From: Chrysomallon squamiferum
Taxonomy: Eukaryota > Animalia > Mollusca
NCBI GenBank assembly: GCA_012295275.1
Contig: CM022675.1
Location: 12,958,001 to 13,022,000, forward strand
Length of the DNA: 64,000 nt
Reading direction: 5' to 3'
The translations under genes and the position numbers were made by a program. Numbering within the stretch: the stretch's first letter is position 1; every line of letters begins with the position of its first letter. The notes beneath the pieces are model-generated. The model saw nothing but the letters and a program-made list of their open reading frames with translations. It ran no database searches and was not told where the DNA came from. Shown piece after piece: positions 60,850 to 64,000 of the stretch.

Positions 60850-63066
60850 TACAACAACAAACACAAAAATAATAATAATAACAACATTACTAAATAAACA
60901 AAAAAGGAAATAAGATAAAAGTGATCATGAAGGTTGAGAATACAAAGAACAAAACAAAATCAAAATAAGAAAGCAAGAAACTATAAAAAAAAAGTTTATT
61001 ACTTCTACTATTATTCTTGTTACTGCTACTACTACTATCATTCCAGTTACAACAAAAAAAACAAAAACAAAACAGCAACAACAACAACAACAACAACAAT
61101 AATAATCATAATCATAATCTTAATAACAATAATAATAATATGCGTTTTCAGTGAAATTTAAAATATTTTTCGTTTGACTGATTTGACTTAGGGTAATGGA
61201 CTTTGTATATTTTAATTTGCACGAGATGTTTTATGTCACATATGTTATATTTTTCAGACCATCCCTTTATCTTTCTCAGCAGTAAATCCTACCTTGTTTT
61301 AAGCGTAGGCTCAAAGGCCATAACATGAAAACATTTGTGTTTTTGGAAAGTAAAGGCAAATTAATTCACTTTAATTATTCTTCTAACATTCTTTTTGGTA
61401 CACCAGTGCGATATGCAGTTATATCGAGTAATCTTTCAAAGTAAATTGTTAATTTGACTTCTCTAATCTCTTGTAATGACTACTGTGTTTGGATTCACTT
61501 TTAATACTTCTGCGATTTCCTTGATCTAAGCGCGGATTCCTATGTTTTCGAGCCTGCTGGTGAGGATTTTCTTGTTTTCAAAGCCAACTTTAGTGATTGA
61601 CTGCAATATGACTGCAATATGACTGCAATATGCTACGGAAGATTGTTACAGAGTCTTAGCAGTTATACTGCACCGAGTTCGTGGAACTGAGTCCCAGATA
61701 ACATCAGGAAGGCTAAAACAACTTATTAATTAATTAATGACATAAAATAAAATACTGTTATTATTTTAAACTTATTAAAACAAAAGAAACCGAAATAAAA
61801 CCCATAAAAATGTTTTGTGTAATTATAGAAAATCTAAAAAAAAAAAAAAAAAAAAAAATGATTTACCCCCACCCATAGCAAATTTTTATACATTATCACA
61901 TATTGAAGTCAGCATTACATACACGTGTGTATCATATTTTAAATATTAGAAAGGAAAGGAAAACCAGTATTTTATTTCAGTTAGATTAGTAAAAACTGAC
62001 CATCGATGATACGTCTAGCAAAATAAAAATAAAATTAAAAGGTAACTTGAACTAGTGTAGTTAAATTCATAACTCTGTTGAACAGTTTTTATTTAATTTT
62101 TTAATGTTAATGACATATCAAATATCATTACGGACGTATTATTCCAATCGGAAACTGAAGTTACAAAATAACGTTTTGCAGTGATAAAGAGTACTTGCAA
62201 ATATGGAAGAGAAAGAAACAAAATTATAATAGATCCGTGACAAAAATGATTTTTTTAGAGGGCAATATTGGGGTGTTTTCTGTGTACATTATTATATTTT
62301 ATTATTATTTATTTATTATCAAATAGGATTTCAGATCTCAGTGCCTCACCCAGATGGAGGTAACAAATATATCTTTTGTGCTGTTATATTGTCCAATACG
62401 GTTTAATAGATTTATTTTTATCTATATGTGTTTTTATATATATGTGTTTTCAAAGAAAACCAAAAATTAATGTGCTGTTCAAGAGAGTCATTTAGAAGTC
62501 ACACAGTCCTTTTTTCTTTTTTTTTCAAAAATAACTGGTCTTCCTAAGACAATTAATTTAACTTGTCATCAGAATTTTTTTGCAATCTAGAAAAATGTTT
62601 CCACGTGTTAGCTCTTTATGTTTTTATCTGGGTCAACCCTTTCTTTCTGTTGTCTACTCTTTGTTTGCTACAAAATATCGTGTATTAATTCTTTAATGAC
62701 ACATATTATTTAGTATGTCACAGCTTACTACACGTTTGCTGTGTGTGTTTTATGTTCAGTTCTCTGAAAGATGTTGATGTTATTTACATACATAACAAAG
62801 TCGAGGAAGTAAAAACAGTAATGTTAGTATCAACTGTTAGACCGAGCGTGTTTCGACTACATATGTCTTAGAGAACGTTCATCCTTACGTGATCCGTACA
62901 CATGTGTTCTGTGTCATTTCCGATTTTGACAGTTTCGAAGAAGGTCGATTAACTACAGTGAAATATTGGTTCTCTCAACCTTTTTTGCATTCTATTAATG
63001 GCAATAATAATAATTACTAATAATAATAATGAAATAATAATGATAATAATAACAATAATAGCAATT

Positions 63067-63104
<38 letters not shown>

Positions 63105-63878
63105 TGTCATTATATGGAGAAGAGAAGAAACTAAACCTCAGAAAAAATAAAAATAAATAAATAAAAATAAACACCAAAATATATAAAGTATATTACTCTA
63201 CCACTACAACCGCCATGTCTGTTGATATTACTACAACATCTACTACAGTAATAAAAGAATGAAAAAATTAAATATTAAATATTGTTCAGAAATTAATAAC
63301 ATGATCAATTCATACATTTGTAAAGAAACGTGTCCTAAAACGTTTCAAATGTGACTAAACGCAAATTCATCATTTTTAGAAACAAAGGTCAGAATATACA
63401 GATATTATCTATTAACAATATCGAGCCAAATAAGAAATGAATTCGTTTGTTAAATTAAATTAAAGATAAAATCTGATTACTACCATCTGTTAAACGCACA
63501 TACGTGGTAACTCTCCAAGTAATTCTTTTTGATCAATTTTTTTTTTTTAAACTAAACCTTTTCACCTTGAAAATATCTTCTATAGAAATATCGGGGTTCC
63601 CATTTTCTGTTATATATGTCTGTGCATCTGTACATATGTATGCAAGTATGTAAAGTAATAATAATAATAATAAAAATAACTACAACAACAAAGCAACTAC
63701 ATTACTAAATAAATAAAAAAGGAAATAAGATAAAAGTGATCATGAAGGTTGAGAATACAAAGAACAAAACAAAATCAAAATAAGAAAGCAAGAAACTATA
63801 AAAAAAAAGTTTATTACTACTACTATCATTCCAGTTACAACAACAACATTCAAGTTACAAAAAAAATAAAAATAAAAA

Positions 63879-63912
<34 letters not shown>

Positions 63913-64000
63913 AATAATAATAATAATAATAATCATAATCATAATCTTAATAACAATAATAATAATATGCGTTTTCAGTGAAATTTAAAATATTTTTCGT
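54480..64000. repeat. ~2.87-kb tandem repeat, three complete units plus a partial fourth running off the window
   Basis: Marker tgtcattatatggagaag at ~54513, ~57384, ~60268 and ~63105. The units differ mainly in microsatellite lengths and scattered substitutions. Confidence 0.97.

Noticed and set aside
55146-63988. Recurrent short ORFs in the 2.87-kb units (MKTHIII..., MRIQRTKQ...)
   Set aside because: Microsatellite-derived; frames differ between units because of homopolymer indels

Overview
AT-rich, microsatellite-dense animal genomic DNA with spliceosomal introns. A mollusc is inferred from the protein families; the species cannot be determined. The ORF track is mostly simple-repeat noise, so the genes were rebuilt by hand from GT-AG exons with phase checks. 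(1) 274-2700 (+): 3' end of a TTC25/ODAD4-like TPR gene with a ~29x 9-aa repeat tail that sits one base out of frame. (2) Three tandem minus-strand paralogs (4500-12639, 17229-25300, 29543-38255), each with 14 coding exons. They encode secreted Tex31/Mr30-like CAP (SCP/CRISP) proteins with a longer architecture: signal-KR-CAP-hinge-EGF-ShK-EGF-Thr mucin stalk-EGF-two Arg/Trp-rich 5-Cys ShK-like modules. The middle exons are hypervariable, and copy 2 has an exon replacement and a lost splice acceptor. (3) A fourth minus-strand gene (43719-50953) shares the two C-terminal modules and the 3' exon, but has an unrelated 8-Cys domain in place of CAP/EGF and an array of seven in-frame splice donors. 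(4) Tc1-like transposase remnants near 14.6-16.3 kb. (5) A young ~2.87-kb non-coding tandem repeat from ~54.5 kb to the window end, built partly from inverted CAP-gene upstream sequence.
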